Source: a virus (lineage: Duplodnaviria > Caudoviricetes). Taken from it: 64,000 nucleotides of DNA. Below are positions 31,514 to 41,418 of this stretch, piece after piece. The stretch lies in IMG/VR virus record IMGVR_UViG_3300037851_000141, positions 267,850 to 331,849 of that record. One strand, 5' to 3'. The notes beneath the pieces were generated by a model. It saw only the letters and a list, made by a program, of their open reading frames with translations. It searched no databases and had not been told where the DNA came from. Positions within the stretch are counted from its first letter, which is position 1; every line of letters begins with the position of its first letter. The position numbers and the translations under genes are program-made.

Positions 31514-31639
31514 CTTATCATCTACTTCATTTATGTCAAGATCCTTTATCCACTTAAAAACTTCATCCTACACCGTTTACCTTATATTTTCTGAATGGCT
31601 TATACTACTTACCCTAAATACCTTAAATAAAAATATCCA

Positions 31640-31890
31640 CTTGAAACTACTTGAAACTAATCAAAACCTCGTCAAAAATAAAAAAACCTACTTGAAACTA
31701 ATCAAAAATAAATCTCTTATATTAAAACTAATCAAAACCTCGTCAAAAATAAAAACCTATATAAAAAATAGGGTGTATCTTAGTCGCAGTTCGAACACAC
31801 GGCCGGAATTTTCATTTTCCCCAGGAATTTAACCAAGTCAAGCAATTTTTACAATTTTGGCCCGGTTTTTTAGTTTTCCCAGGAATTTAG
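31640..31890. repeat. AT-rich iteron-like repeats at a G/C-skew switch (candidate replication origin)
   Basis: AAACTAATCAAAA x3, AAACTAATCAAAACCTCGTCAAAAATAAAA x2, TTTTCCC(C)AGGAATTTA x2. Confidence 0.5.
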
Positions 31891-32002
31891 TTATTTTTTA
31901 TTCAATTGCTCAAAAAATAATCAAAAAAGAAAATATTTGACTTTTTTAAGAAGGATTTATAATGAGGATAGAGAAAAGAGAGTAGATAAGATGATTAAGG
32001 AA

Positions 32003-32176
32003 ATGAATAACCTTAAGATCAAAGCTAGCGTTTATATTAGTGTCTTGAATAGTGTTGGATATAGTGTCAGGAATAGTGTTGGATATAGTGTCAGGAATAG
32101 TGTTGGATATAGTGTCAGGAATAAACAGTATAAAGTTAACAAGGGTGCTGTATTGAGGGGGTTGAGGGATGAGTGA
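32003..32176 (+). CDS. VNK-tag family small protein with (NSVGYSVR)x3
   Basis: start moved to MNNLK (AAGGAA RBS); ends KVNKGAVLRGLRDE. Confidence 0.75.
   Translation: MNNLKIKASVYISVLNSVGYSVRNSVGYSVRNSVGYSVRNKQYKVNKGAVLRGLRDE
32047..32123 (+). repeat. 24-bp in-frame tandem repeat x3.2
   Basis: GAATAGTGTTGGATATAGTGTCAG, exact copies. Confidence 0.95.
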
Positions 32177-32420
32177 ATATGTTTATTGGTCTAATTTGAT
32201 GAATGCCTGGAACGATGTTAAGAAATTTATTAGGGAATCTGTTAAGAAATCTGTTATATACTCTGTTAAGAAATCTATTGATGTATATATTATGGAAGCT
32301 GTTGATGTGAAGGTTTGTTGGCCTGTTGATGGATCTGAAATTAAAGTTATTAGGGAATCTATTAAGGAGAGATATAAGGAAGTTAACAAAAAGAGTGTAA
32401 TAGCGAGTTTAAGAGATTGA
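32169..32420 (+). CDS. VNK-tag family small protein (SV-repeat subtype)
   Basis: ends EVNKKSVIASLRD. Confidence 0.75.
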   Translation: MSEYVYWSNLMNAWNDVKKFIRESVKKSVIYSVKKSIDVYIMEAVDVKVCWPVDGSEIKVIRESIKERYKEVNKKSVIASLRD

Positions 32421-32491
32421 GTTGTTTGTAGGGTAATTGGGTTAAAAAATTGAGTATAAAAAATTAGCGAGTTGGATTAGCGAGTTGTGTT

Positions 32492-32797
32492 TTATGATTT
32501 TAGTGAGTTTAGGATAGATTTATGATTTAAGTATTTAAGGTTATAGGATTGATGTAGGGAGGTTTGTGTATTAGATATATAGGTTGATTGGATTAAAGAT
32601 TCGCCGTCAGTATCATATATCAAAAACTCTAATTTTACATAATAGTTGTTTTTAGTATTTAGGTGTTTAAAAGATTCGTAAGATATGAGGGTAAAGCCTA
32701 TTTGATTGAAGAAATCTACAAGAGTTATTTCTGGTGGTTTATACATGGTTGATTTAAGGTTATTTGGGTATATGAATAGAGGATTTGGTTTATTCAT
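32492..32797 (-). CDS. VNK-tag family small protein
   Basis: ends YLNHKSILNSLKS. Confidence 0.7.
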   Translation of the reverse strand: MNKPNPLFIYPNNLKSTMYKPPEITLVDFFNQIGFTLISYESFKHLNTKNNYYVKLEFLIYDTDGESLIQSTYISNTQTSLHQSYNLKYLNHKSILNSLKS

Positions 32798-33022
32798 AGT
32801 AGTTATAGTTTTTTATATTGGTAGGGGGTTTGTGGGGAAAAGTATTTGACATTTAGATTTTTTATATAGTTGAGGGTGGATTTGTGGTCTATTATGAAAA
32901 GGGTGGGAGTCAATTGAAAAGATTTAGATTCCTTATTACCTACTATGAAAAGGGTTGTTGTCAAGGGGTAAAATCTTTAGAATGTGAGGGTTTAATATTA
33001 GGATAATGATTTGGTATAGGTT

Positions 33023-33259
33023 TTATGGAATATTTGTTGTAGTTGAAGAAAAAGAGGATAGGATGGATTGTTTATTTATTTTGATTAATTTTTTGTATGC
33101 GATATTTTGGATTATATTAAATAGAGTTGTATTATGATCGTCGGCAAGGGTGGCGTTTGAGAATAGGAATAAATTAAAATGTGGTATTTGGTTTATGAGG
33201 TTGAAGTAATTTTTTCTTAAGTTGTATCCTAATAATGGGTTATGATGGAAGTTATTCAT
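33023..33259 (-). CDS. VNK-tag family small protein
   Basis: KINKQSILSSF near the C-terminus. Confidence 0.7.
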   Translation of the reverse strand: MNNFHHNPLLGYNLRKNYFNLINQIPHFNLFLFSNATLADDHNTTLFNIIQNIAYKKLIKINKQSILSSFSSTTTNIP

Positions 33260-33465
33260 TTGAGACTCTTTAGGACAGATTGTTTATTTAGTTTATAGAA
33301 GCATGGGTATTGATTAAGGTGGTCAAAATTATCAATAACGGCAACAATAGCAAACCAAATGAAGTTTATACATGGTGCTGCTGATCTATCAATACGTTGA
33401 ATAGCACCAGATTTTTCAGCAGAGTACCTAACAGAACCCTTAATATTTGTTTTTAAGTTATTCAT
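33256..33465 (-). CDS. VNK-tag family small protein
   Basis: MNNLK start; ends KLNKQSVLKSLK. Confidence 0.8.
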   Translation of the reverse strand: MNNLKTNIKGSVRYSAEKSGAIQRIDRSAAPCINFIWFAIVAVIDNFDHLNQYPCFYKLNKQSVLKSLK

Positions 33466-33725
33466 AGGAAGAAGTTATCATTATCATTTGCTTGGTCTGG
33501 AGCATCGTCAATGTTATAGTTATTTCCTTCTTCTGTATTTGATGGACCTATTTGAGTGACGTTGAAACCTTGGTCTTTGAGCCAATTAGTGAAATTAGTT
33601 GGATCTACGTGACCAGTTGAATCTGTATTTAGTTCTAAGTCTTTTTGTTTTAGGGATTTAGGTACGAGTGATTCATTAATAGAACCATCGTCATTGAAGG
33701 GGTTGACCCAGGTTTCGTTATTCAT
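33462..33725 (-). CDS. acidic hypothetical protein
   Basis: ORF track; ATG 7 nt after TACAAT. Confidence 0.6.
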   Translation of the reverse strand: MNNETWVNPFNDDGSINESLVPKSLKQKDLELNTDSTGHVDPTNFTNWLKDQGFNVTQIGPSNTEEGNNYNIDDAPDQANDNDNFFL

Positions 33726-33810
33726 GGTGTCTATTGTACCTTATATTTTGGGGGAGTCAAGAGACAAAATGTGATATAGGATAGGGTGAAAGGTAGGGGT
33801 TTAGGGTATT

Positions 33811-34098
33811 TTAGTGGACAGATTGTGATATTTGTAAGCTTTTTAGTACAGCTTGTTTATTTATTTTATGTTGTTTAATATTTTCCATAAAAGGTGATAT
33901 AAAGAATAATTTGGATTCTAAACATAGTGTATCTAACTTATGAGAAAGGTTATACTCTACAAACAAATATAAACTATCTAATAATTCATATCGTTCTAAT
34001 CTAATGTAAGTATTTGGAATATTGAAACAATTTAAGATTCTATATTGAAAGGACTTATAGATTTGTTTTGGTATATACAATCTAATCCTTCCAGTCAA
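33811..34098 (-). CDS. VNK-tag family small protein
   Basis: KINKQAVLKSLQ near the C-terminus. Confidence 0.7.
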   Translation of the reverse strand: MTGRIRLYIPKQIYKSFQYRILNCFNIPNTYIRLERYELLDSLYLFVEYNLSHKLDTLCLESKLFFISPFMENIKQHKINKQAVLKSLQISQSVH

Positions 34099-35293
34099 AT
34101 TTTTGGTAGTTTAGACAGATCCACTTATTGAAACGTTCGGGATCATTGTTCTTTAGGATATCGTCTTTATATTGGAAGAAGTAAGACCAGAAGATTTTGG
34201 GTGCATGCTTTTGAACAGCCATAGCATAATCTTTTTGAGTTGAAGGCTGAAGTTCCCGTAGAGTTGCTTCCGCTTGTTGAGATTGAGTTAGAAGATTAGC
34301 GACTTTGGTTTCGAGAGATTTAGCGAATTCCTTCATAGTGTCAACGAGAACAGGAAAGATATCATCAAGAGTATGGTTGAAGAAAGAATCAATAACAACA
34401 TTACGAGTATGCTTGATATCACCCCCACCTACTGAATGGAGAGATACATAGCGGTTTGATTTGATTTTCGCAATTGGCTTATTACCTTGATAGACAACAA
34501 ACCCTTCAGAGTATTCAACACCATCTTGCTCAATGGCTTCAATACCTTTAGTGTTAACCCAATAGCGAAGATCATCAAGAGTGATAATATCCAGTTCATA
34601 AAGCATCTTCTTCCAAGGTAGACGAAGATTAGATGCTCCATTTGAAAGAAGATTAATTACTATATCATCAAGAGGATCAACATAAGTCCCGTATTCATTA
34701 TGCCTTACAGCGAGAAGCACCACTTGATTTTGAGGATACTTGGTGACAATACGGTTTTCATTACAAGCAAGTTCAAAGATATAGGTATAGTTAGTATCCA
34801 GAAAATTAGCGAGTTGAGTGTTTGAGAGTCCAATAGTCTTGAAGAATAACTCAGAGAATGAAAACTTATAATCCCCGACATTACCAGTAGGGATTGAACC
34901 AAGAGTAGAAGCTTGCCAGTTGTTGGTGATAGGATTATGATAAAGGATAATACAAGACCCATCAACCTTTTCATAAATAGCGAGTTGATTTTTGATAAGA
35001 TTGAAATCAGCTTCATTGAATATAGGACAGAACCCCTCATGCTGATTAAAGAACTTATTGAAAGGACGAGCAACATATTTCCAACCAGATTGAGACTGAT
35101 AGAGAATAGCTCCCCGACATTCAGCAGTCAAGGGTCGAACGAATTTAGCCTGTAGTTGATCATACTTGAATTGATATAACCCATTGTGAGTATTGACATT
35201 TACGCCGAATTCAGTAATAAACTTTTCCTTTATCTCATCCAGAGTAAAGGCTGAGTTGAAATACTTGTTGAGATATTCTTGAAGTTGAGACAT
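34082..35293 (-). CDS. rnlA: RNA ligase, T4 Rnl1 family
   Basis: ECRGAIL, RPFNKFFN, EKVDGS (motif I), YIFEL, EGFVV, KIKSNRY. Confidence 0.88.
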   Translation of the reverse strand: MSQLQEYLNKYFNSAFTLDEIKEKFITEFGVNVNTHNGLYQFKYDQLQAKFVRPLTAECRGAILYQSQSGWKYVARPFNKFFNQHEGFCPIFNEADFNLIKNQLAIYEKVDGSCIILYHNPITNNWQASTLGSIPTGNVGDYKFSFSELFFKTIGLSNTQLANFLDTNYTYIFELACNENRIVTKYPQNQVVLLAVRHNEYGTYVDPLDDIVINLLSNGASNLRLPWKKMLYELDIITLDDLRYWVNTKGIEAIEQDGVEYSEGFVVYQGNKPIAKIKSNRYVSLHSVGGGDIKHTRNVVIDSFFNHTLDDIFPVLVDTMKEFAKSLETKVANLLTQSQQAEATLRELQPSTQKDYAMAVQKHAPKIFWSYFFQYKDDILKNNDPERFNKWICLNYQKFDWKD

Positions 35294-35340
35294 GTGTTAT
35301 TCCTCTTATCTTGCGTATTATAGCGAGTTAAAAAAGGAAG

Positions 35341-35616
35341 TCAATGAACAATATAACCCTTGTTTGTGACCGGATATATATCTTCCAGGTATCTATGATT
35401 AGCCTGGAGTTGTATTCTTTCTTTTTCAATTTCAGCGACCTTACTATCAGCCTCAATCAAGAGACAGGTTCCGAGAGAGATACGGATGTTATTTCTTGAA
35501 CCTTGCCATCGGGAGCGTCGAGTTGCTGTAAGTCTGCCAGCGTTCCAATAATAACTATATCCTACTTAGGCACAGTTATTAGGATTATAGGTACGGTGAA
35601 TGAGTCTGGCAGCCAT
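35341..35616 (-). pseudogene. 91-codon ORF with one in-frame TAA
   Basis: GAAAGGG RBS; MAARLIHRTYNPNNCA*VGYSYYWN...YIVH; TAA at 35568-35566; final TGA inside the next -35 box. Confidence 0.6.
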
Positions 35617-35618
35617 GA

Positions 35619-35849
35619 TTAATCCCTTTCAACAATCTTATAGCGAGTTTCATCCGTGAAGTCATTTTCAGCCATGAGTTGTTTGATAGTCTTGAATTCA
35701 ATAGCACCAGAGAGAACATAATTTAGGGAACCGTAGTATTGTCCACCTATTTTAGCATCAGCATAACAGGTTCCATTCTTTTCAGTCACTAACGTATATC
35801 CCCTAATTCTCTTATTCTTATTCCTACGACGGACGATATAGGTAGTCAT
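35619..35849 (-). CDS. hypothetical protein
   Basis: start moved to MTTYIV after promoter cassette and AGGAG. Confidence 0.6.
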   Translation of the reverse strand: MTTYIVRRRNKNKRIRGYTLVTEKNGTCYADAKIGGQYYGSLNYVLSGAIEFKTIKQLMAENDFTDETRYKIVERD

Positions 35850-35945
35850 ATTGATTCTCCTTGGTTGATTATATAGCGAGTTAGAAAAGGTCAAGTGAGA
35901 TATCGGATTAAGAATACCTCACTTGACCGATGAACATTAGCGAGT

Positions 35946-36698
35946 TTAGAAGAGTCGAGTCTTGCTATTGCGCTTCTTTAACCAAGGCGAACCATGAAAC
36001 ACCAGACCGATTCGACGTATGTTAGGATTGGCGGCTGGGGCATCAGTTTCAACAGCAGACGAGTAGCGGGAATTAGCGAGTTTGGTTTGATCCACAAAGA
36101 TACGAGCATGCCGGTCAACACGCCGATCAATCAAATGGTCCTGCTTTCCACCATAAGAGAAGACATAGGTAAAGTTAGCAGGAATCAGACCCATAGCCTT
36201 CGCATTTTTCATCAGAGAAACTTGCTTGGTATAGGCATAAAACTTAACATGAGGGAGACGCAGCATAATATCACGCCACATCATAAAGTAATCCATGTTA
36301 TAGAAGTCACCGGAAGTATGACAACGAATGACTTTACAATTTCTCTTTGCCAACACTTCCTTAACCAGAGCATCAGAGAAACCAGTAGGATCGTCCATCA
36401 CCCATTGCAGATTCTTATTGTGTCGAGTCATGGCCGAGTTGAAGTTATATCCACCCTGGCAAGCAAAGCAGAATTGGACACACTTACCAGCTTGCGGACA
36501 GGTTTGAACATCACGCACAATACCATTCTCAACATAAGCACCCTTGAACCCAGGAAGATCAAAATTGTAATAGCCAGACTTTTTCATCTTGCTATTTTGC
36601 GTCAGGATTTCCTTTGGACGCATCATAACAATTTCCTTATACTTGCTCAAAGGAACACCCTTCGGAGTAGTAAAAGGCTTAAGAGGGGTCGGGGTCAT
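35946..36698 (-). CDS. Gp88-like phage protein (Cys-rich, radical-SAM-related fold)
   Basis: TCPQAGKCVQFCFA, IRCHTSGDFY, FYAYTK. Confidence 0.75.
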   Translation of the reverse strand: MTPTPLKPFTTPKGVPLSKYKEIVMMRPKEILTQNSKMKKSGYYNFDLPGFKGAYVENGIVRDVQTCPQAGKCVQFCFACQGGYNFNSAMTRHNKNLQWVMDDPTGFSDALVKEVLAKRNCKVIRCHTSGDFYNMDYFMMWRDIMLRLPHVKFYAYTKQVSLMKNAKAMGLIPANFTYVFSYGGKQDHLIDRRVDRHARIFVDQTKLANSRYSSAVETDAPAANPNIRRIGLVFHGSPWLKKRNSKTRLF

Positions 36699-36881
36699 GG
36701 CTGGTTGTCTCCCTTGTGCGGTTGATTATATAGGGGAATTGGAAGTGTCAACAGGGCAGATAAAGAGTAAAATAATAACCCTTATAACTATGTAAGTATA
36801 ATCTAATAACCTTTTCGCTTGATTGGCACAGTTTTCATGTTAGCTAAAGATAATGATCGCTAACTTGATATAATAGTTGAC

Positions 36882-37163
36882 ATGATCAAATTTCATAGTA
36901 AGTGCGAAGGCAATCGATGCTACTTCTGCGGAATTAGTAAAGATAGAAATGTAAAAGGTAAGGGAAGAAGCCTAGTGGAATTTCATCATATTATCGAAAA
37001 GAATATGGGTGGTGGAAATGAAGACTCCAACCTTGTTCCTGTTTGTTCTAATTGCCATTCCCTAATCCATGAAGGGCATATTAGAATAGATAAATGGTAC
37101 TTTTCTACTAAAGGCTGGGTCTTACATTATTGGCAAGATGAAAAGGAATATTGGGGTTCTTAA
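36882..37163 (+). CDS. HNH endonuclease
   Basis: CYFCG...EFHHI...NLVPVCSNCHSLIH. Confidence 0.85.
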   Translation: MIKFHSKCEGNRCYFCGISKDRNVKGKGRSLVEFHHIIEKNMGGGNEDSNLVPVCSNCHSLIHEGHIRIDKWYFSTKGWVLHYWQDEKEYWGS

Positions 37164-38166
37164 GTCAATTCCCAAAAACCAGAGAGAATAGTATTTTTAT
37201 CTACCTGACCACTATTCAAGAAGAAGTCCAAAGTTTGTTGAATTTGCTGATTGACTTCATAATTCCAATCAATGTTCTTAAAGAAGACTTGGGATTTAAG
37301 ATCACCACTCACCCAAGTAATCATATTGGCATCAGGGTCAGCACAGTAGTTAAATGGCACCCTAATCTTTTGGCCATCAACAACTAAAGAAACCCCCGAC
37401 ATCACCATTGTATAAGTTTGGACGTTCATATCAATGTCCGAAAAGGATACAATGGGTTGCTCTCTTACCGTGCTTCTTTCCAGTTTCCGACATCATCTTG
37501 AGCATCTTATAAGCCCAGGAATACCTAACATAATCTGATTTGATCTTGGGTTTGAGGGCATCAATAACACGTTGAATAGGAATTGCCATCAACTTATCAC
37601 CATACTTATCTTCCTCAATACAAGTGTCACCATCAGAGGCGAAAATGAAAGCGGGTGTACAGTTAGAAACATCAAAACTCAAACAACCCCCACAAAGATC
37701 CAGCCGGGCCATTTCTTGAAACCAAAAAGAGTCAGTCTTACCTTTTTCAGTAAAACCTTTTTGGCTTGTAATCTGACCAATATGTAGCCGAATCTCATAG
37801 CCCATGATTGAGTCTCCTTGTGTGTTTGATTATAAGGCTTGTTTTAGAGTGTCAAGCCTCAGTCGGTTCCTCGTCATTGGCTTCCCTAAACGCTTCCTCA
37901 ACCTGTCTCTCCAACGTATCAACATAGTCAAAGAAGGTATCAGACTGGAAAGGATAGGTAAACGTCTCACTAAACTCCGCATCCGAACCCTCAACAATAG
38001 AACCAATAGAAAAACCATTGTCATCAAACTCAATCCAAGCTCCACATTCAGTTTCACCATAAATCATCTGACCCATTTCCTTACGAGCATCACAATCAAA
38101 AGCATCAAGAAACTCAGTCTCGCTGCTAATCATGCGGTTGTCAAAGTAGTTGAGGTCACGAAGCAT
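37160..38166 (-). other. three hypothetical CDSs (37160-37429, 37431-37805, 37852-38166)
   Basis: ORF track; promoter cassettes and AAGGAG RBSs. Confidence 0.6.
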
Positions 38167-38215
38167 GGTTGTTGCTCCTTTTGTTTGGGTTGATTATATA
38201 GTCTGTTTTATAAAG

Positions 38216-38605
38216 TCAAGCCGCAGTACAAACCCAGGCATTATCCTTCAACTCATAAACACCAGCATCCTTCACATCCTCTAATGCCTCTGTCCGCTTC
38301 CAAAGAGCATTAAACTCATTACCAGATACAGGAAAATGCGTAAACCTCTTGCTCAATAACCGAATAGCAGCAAGAGAACTTAATGCCGCAACTATACACC
38401 GAACATTACCACCATTCCACTTCCAAAATAACAAACCTTCATCATTCAACTTCACTTCTTTAGTAGTTTCAACAACAGGACTCTCATTAACTAACTTGAG
38501 ATAGTCTGGATGAGATTCGACCCAAGCAGGCTTTCGACCTCTAGTACCAGTGACATAAGTATTGCCATCACTGTTGGTTATGACGATGCCTTTGGGAAGT
38601 GACAT
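38216..38605 (-). CDS. protein with one H-NS/Lsr2-like RGR DNA-binding motif
   Basis: TYVTGTRGRKPAWV; start moved to MSLPKG after the promoter cassette. Confidence 0.65.
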   Translation of the reverse strand: MSLPKGIVITNSDGNTYVTGTRGRKPAWVESHPDYLKLVNESPVVETTKEVKLNDEGLLFWKWNGGNVRCIVAALSSLAAIRLLSKRFTHFPVSGNEFNALWKRTEALEDVKDAGVYELKDNAWVCTAA

Positions 38606-38649
38606 GGTTGTTTCCTTATGCGTTGGATTATATGAGAGATTGGAGAGAG

Positions 38650-38940
38650 TCAACCTTTTCTTCCCCAACCTGCTAAACAACCAATAAGCGCACCCCAAGC
38701 AAAATAAGGAAAAATATAACTTCCAAATCCAAATATAAGTTTCCAATACCAAGGCAACTCCATAAAGATTCCACTCATGACAGGGAACGTAGATGGAGAA
38801 AATGTCAAAATACCAATAAAGATTCCAGTAGCAATAAACAAATATAATCCAAGTTTATCCAAATACGCAGATACATAAGCAAATGAAAAGTGAAGCAGTA
38901 CAAAGACCGCCCACATTGGAAGCATGTTTAATGGGTACAT
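38650..38940 (-). CDS. small membrane protein
   Basis: three hydrophobic segments. Confidence 0.6.
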   Translation of the reverse strand: MYPLNMLPMWAVFVLLHFSFAYVSAYLDKLGLYLFIATGIFIGILTFSPSTFPVMSGIFMELPWYWKLIFGFGSYIFPYFAWGALIGCLAGWGRKG

Positions 38941-39120
38941 GATCTTATTATATCTTCAGATTCAAGATGTCAATAGGTTGTTTTTAGGTTGACTTCATCT
39001 TATTTCATGTTAGATAGAAAATATGAGAGTAAAAAATAAGCCTAACCCCTTTTGAGAGTTAGGCTTATAACAACTTAGAAGCGGCGGATGAGTGAGGTTG
39101 CTTCCAGAGTTGTTCCAAGG

Positions 39121-39681
39121 TTAGACATCAACTGTAGAATCTTCGCACAGACCGATGATTTCCTCGTCTTCGTCCACTAATTCATGGTCTTGATTCATAG
39201 CCTGGAGCGGAACGTAATCAATCTGGAACCCAAGGATATGTTGGCATCGATTATGGAGGAAGGGACGAAGTTCATGCTTATTGGCCAGAGTGAGGATATT
39301 AGTTCCTACTTGAATGGCCCTTCGCTCTATCTCCTTAATCAGATTGGAGTTATACGATGCCCAATCAGCCGACACATCCCAGGTCTTCATACACGGCGGG
39401 AAGTCGATAGCGAAGGCCAGAGCCAACTTCTTGAGTTCTCCTGCCGGATTGACACTCAGAGCAATCTTATCCCAGGTCGCCGGATGATTGGGATTGTAAT
39501 GCTTCTTGCTGGACGAATTCTGAAGTTCCTGAGCAATCTGACAAACGTTAGGATAAATCGCCTTCATCCTATCCATTGCTCCTGTATTTTGGATTTCCCT
39601 TTGGGTCTTGGGGATGCTGACAACCGGGGTTTCCTCAATGGGAGTTTCGGTTGTCTGGGTTTCGTTTGCCAGATTGCTCAT
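39121..39681 (-). CDS. hypothetical protein
   Basis: AGGAG RBS; GC-richer codons. Confidence 0.65.
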   Translation of the reverse strand: MSNLANETQTTETPIEETPVVSIPKTQREIQNTGAMDRMKAIYPNVCQIAQELQNSSSKKHYNPNHPATWDKIALSVNPAGELKKLALAFAIDFPPCMKTWDVSADWASYNSNLIKEIERRAIQVGTNILTLANKHELRPFLHNRCQHILGFQIDYVPLQAMNQDHELVDEDEEIIGLCEDSTVDV

Positions 39682-39687
39682 GGTTGG

Positions 39688-39978
39688 TCACTCCTGATCT
39701 TCACGGTCGATTTGCGAACGGCCACCCTTGCGCTTCTTTGCTTCATCAGACCGGCGCTTGGCCTCGCAGACAAGATGGTTCTCATAGCCCTTCTTGCCGT
39801 TGCGCTTGCTGTCCTCATGGAATTCCTCAAAGGTCTTCCACTTGGGGGAGTAGTCGGGATTGCGCTTCTTCATCTTCGCAATCATCTTCTGGAACCGGAG
39901 CCGCTTCCGCTTCATCGTGGCATCAGTCTTGCCAGCGTTTTCTTTGCGGGGTGCAGCTTCCTGACGACGCTTGCCCAT
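39688..39978 (-). CDS. highly basic small protein
   Basis: K/R-rich; own promoter cassette. Confidence 0.65.
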   Translation of the reverse strand: MGKRRQEAAPRKENAGKTDATMKRKRLRFQKMIAKMKKRNPDYSPKWKTFEEFHEDSKRNGKKGYENHLVCEAKRRSDEAKKRKGGRSQIDREDQE

Positions 39979-40036
39979 GGTATTTTCTCCTATGGGGTTT
40001 GTTGTTGGCGTTGATTGTATGGCTTACTCGGAAGAG

Positions 40037-40630
40037 TCAAGCCTTCTTCTTGGTCGGGGTCTTGCGGGTCTTGGCGGGAGCCTCTTCGGCAGGCTTGGTA
40101 CCAGTAGCCTTCCAAGCCCAATCCACTGACACCTTCTCGCGGGTGACGGGATCGGTGATGGTTCCCTTGTACTCATGTTTGGGGATGAACCGGCCACCTT
40201 GTTCAACCAGAGTCATAGCAACCGACTTGCGGACTCGGACATGCGAACCATCGGCCTTGGCCACGCAAACCAGCTTGTCAGACGAGTAGCCGATATGCGA
40301 CTGGCGATGCTCGGGCTTGACTTGCCGAACCTTGGACACAACGACCTCATCGGAAGTCGGATCCTGGTTGAAGCTAAAGGTGCCGGTGGTCTGGTTGATG
40401 ACCGCACCCTGCTTCTCAAGGGCCAGCGCATGCCAGACATCCCGAATCTTGTTGTCGGGTTGCTTCGGCGCAGCCTTGGGGGTTTCGGGAGCAGGGGAAT
40501 TAGCCTTCTCGGCCTTGGCCCGCTTGGTAGCCTCGACTGCCGCAATATTGGCAGCCTTCCGTTCCGCCTTCTCAGCGTCACGACGAGCCTTGTTCTCGGC
40601 CCGCTTGTTGGTGTTGGTGTTCTCGGTCAT
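40037..40630 (-). CDS. Lys/Ala-rich protein (histone-H1-like termini)
   Basis: KAEKANSPAPETPKAAPK and KTRKTPTKKKA; start moved to MTENTN (AAGGAGG RBS). Confidence 0.65.
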   Translation of the reverse strand: MTENTNTNKRAENKARRDAEKAERKAANIAAVEATKRAKAEKANSPAPETPKAAPKQPDNKIRDVWHALALEKQGAVINQTTGTFSFNQDPTSDEVVVSKVRQVKPEHRQSHIGYSSDKLVCVAKADGSHVRVRKSVAMTLVEQGGRFIPKHEYKGTITDPVTREKVSVDWAWKATGTKPAEEAPAKTRKTPTKKKA

Positions 40631-40698
40631 ACCCATCCTCCTTTTGGATTCATGTGGGTGTTGGTTAGGTGGTTGATTATACAGGGCTTTTTTCTTTG

Positions 40699-41418
40699 TC
40701 AAGCCCTATTATCAGCGAGGAAGTCAAAGATAGCCTGAATGTCATCACAGATAAGTTCCGAAATATCCCAAGTCATCTCACACAGGAATGGTTCAGGTGT
40801 GATGTTCAGAATCTTATTATCAGTTTCAGGCTTGTCAAGATTCAACATCGTGAACTCAGCTTCAGTGATGTTGGCTCGGTCAACCATGGTCAAGGTGTGA
40901 TGTCGTAGCATGGTGGAAGATTATATCGGCGGTTCTTATAAGTCCAGCGTTTTTATTTTCCCGATATAGTTCAATTCCGTAATCACCTAAATACTTTTTT
41001 ATATAATCTTCAATTAGGTCATCATGTTTAGTGAGTAGGAGCGTAAGTAAAGTATGTTCATCCATGGTTTTATTCTACTATGAAAAAGGGTGAAAGCAAG
41101 GACAAAATGAAACCGCCTATCCTTTTTGGGGACAGGCGGTTTAGTTTAGATTCTGGTGGGCTTTTTATTTGGAGTGTCACAGGGTTCAGAGACGGAGGGT
41201 TTAGGAAGGATAGCCTTGGCCCGAACCGTAAGCCAACCGATTTCGATACTCATTTTAGTGAGGTCAAAAATAGTTGGAGCCTTTTCTTCTTTACGAGCCA
41301 GTTCTTTTAGTTCTCGACCAAATTCAGTTGCCTTATCCTGATCGTCAAACCTAAAGACTTCCATTTTATTTGGATTAGTCTTTATGAAACTGAGTAAGGT
41401 TCCAGTAGGGCGGGGCAT
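40699..41418 (-). other. three short hypothetical CDSs (40699-40911, 40880-41065, 41146-41418)
   Basis: ORF track; promoter cassettes. Confidence 0.5.

Noticed and set aside
31533-31832. 99-aa + strand ORF in the track
   Set aside because: It only translates the AT-rich direct repeats; no RBS and low complexity
32047-32123. Possible mini CRISPR array
   Set aside because: Repeats abut without spacers, are a multiple of 3 and lie inside a CDS
39184-40738. Long + strand ORFs (39184-40014, 39651-40289, 40175-40738)
   Set aside because: Antisense shadows of GC-richer minus-strand genes that have their own promoters and RBSs
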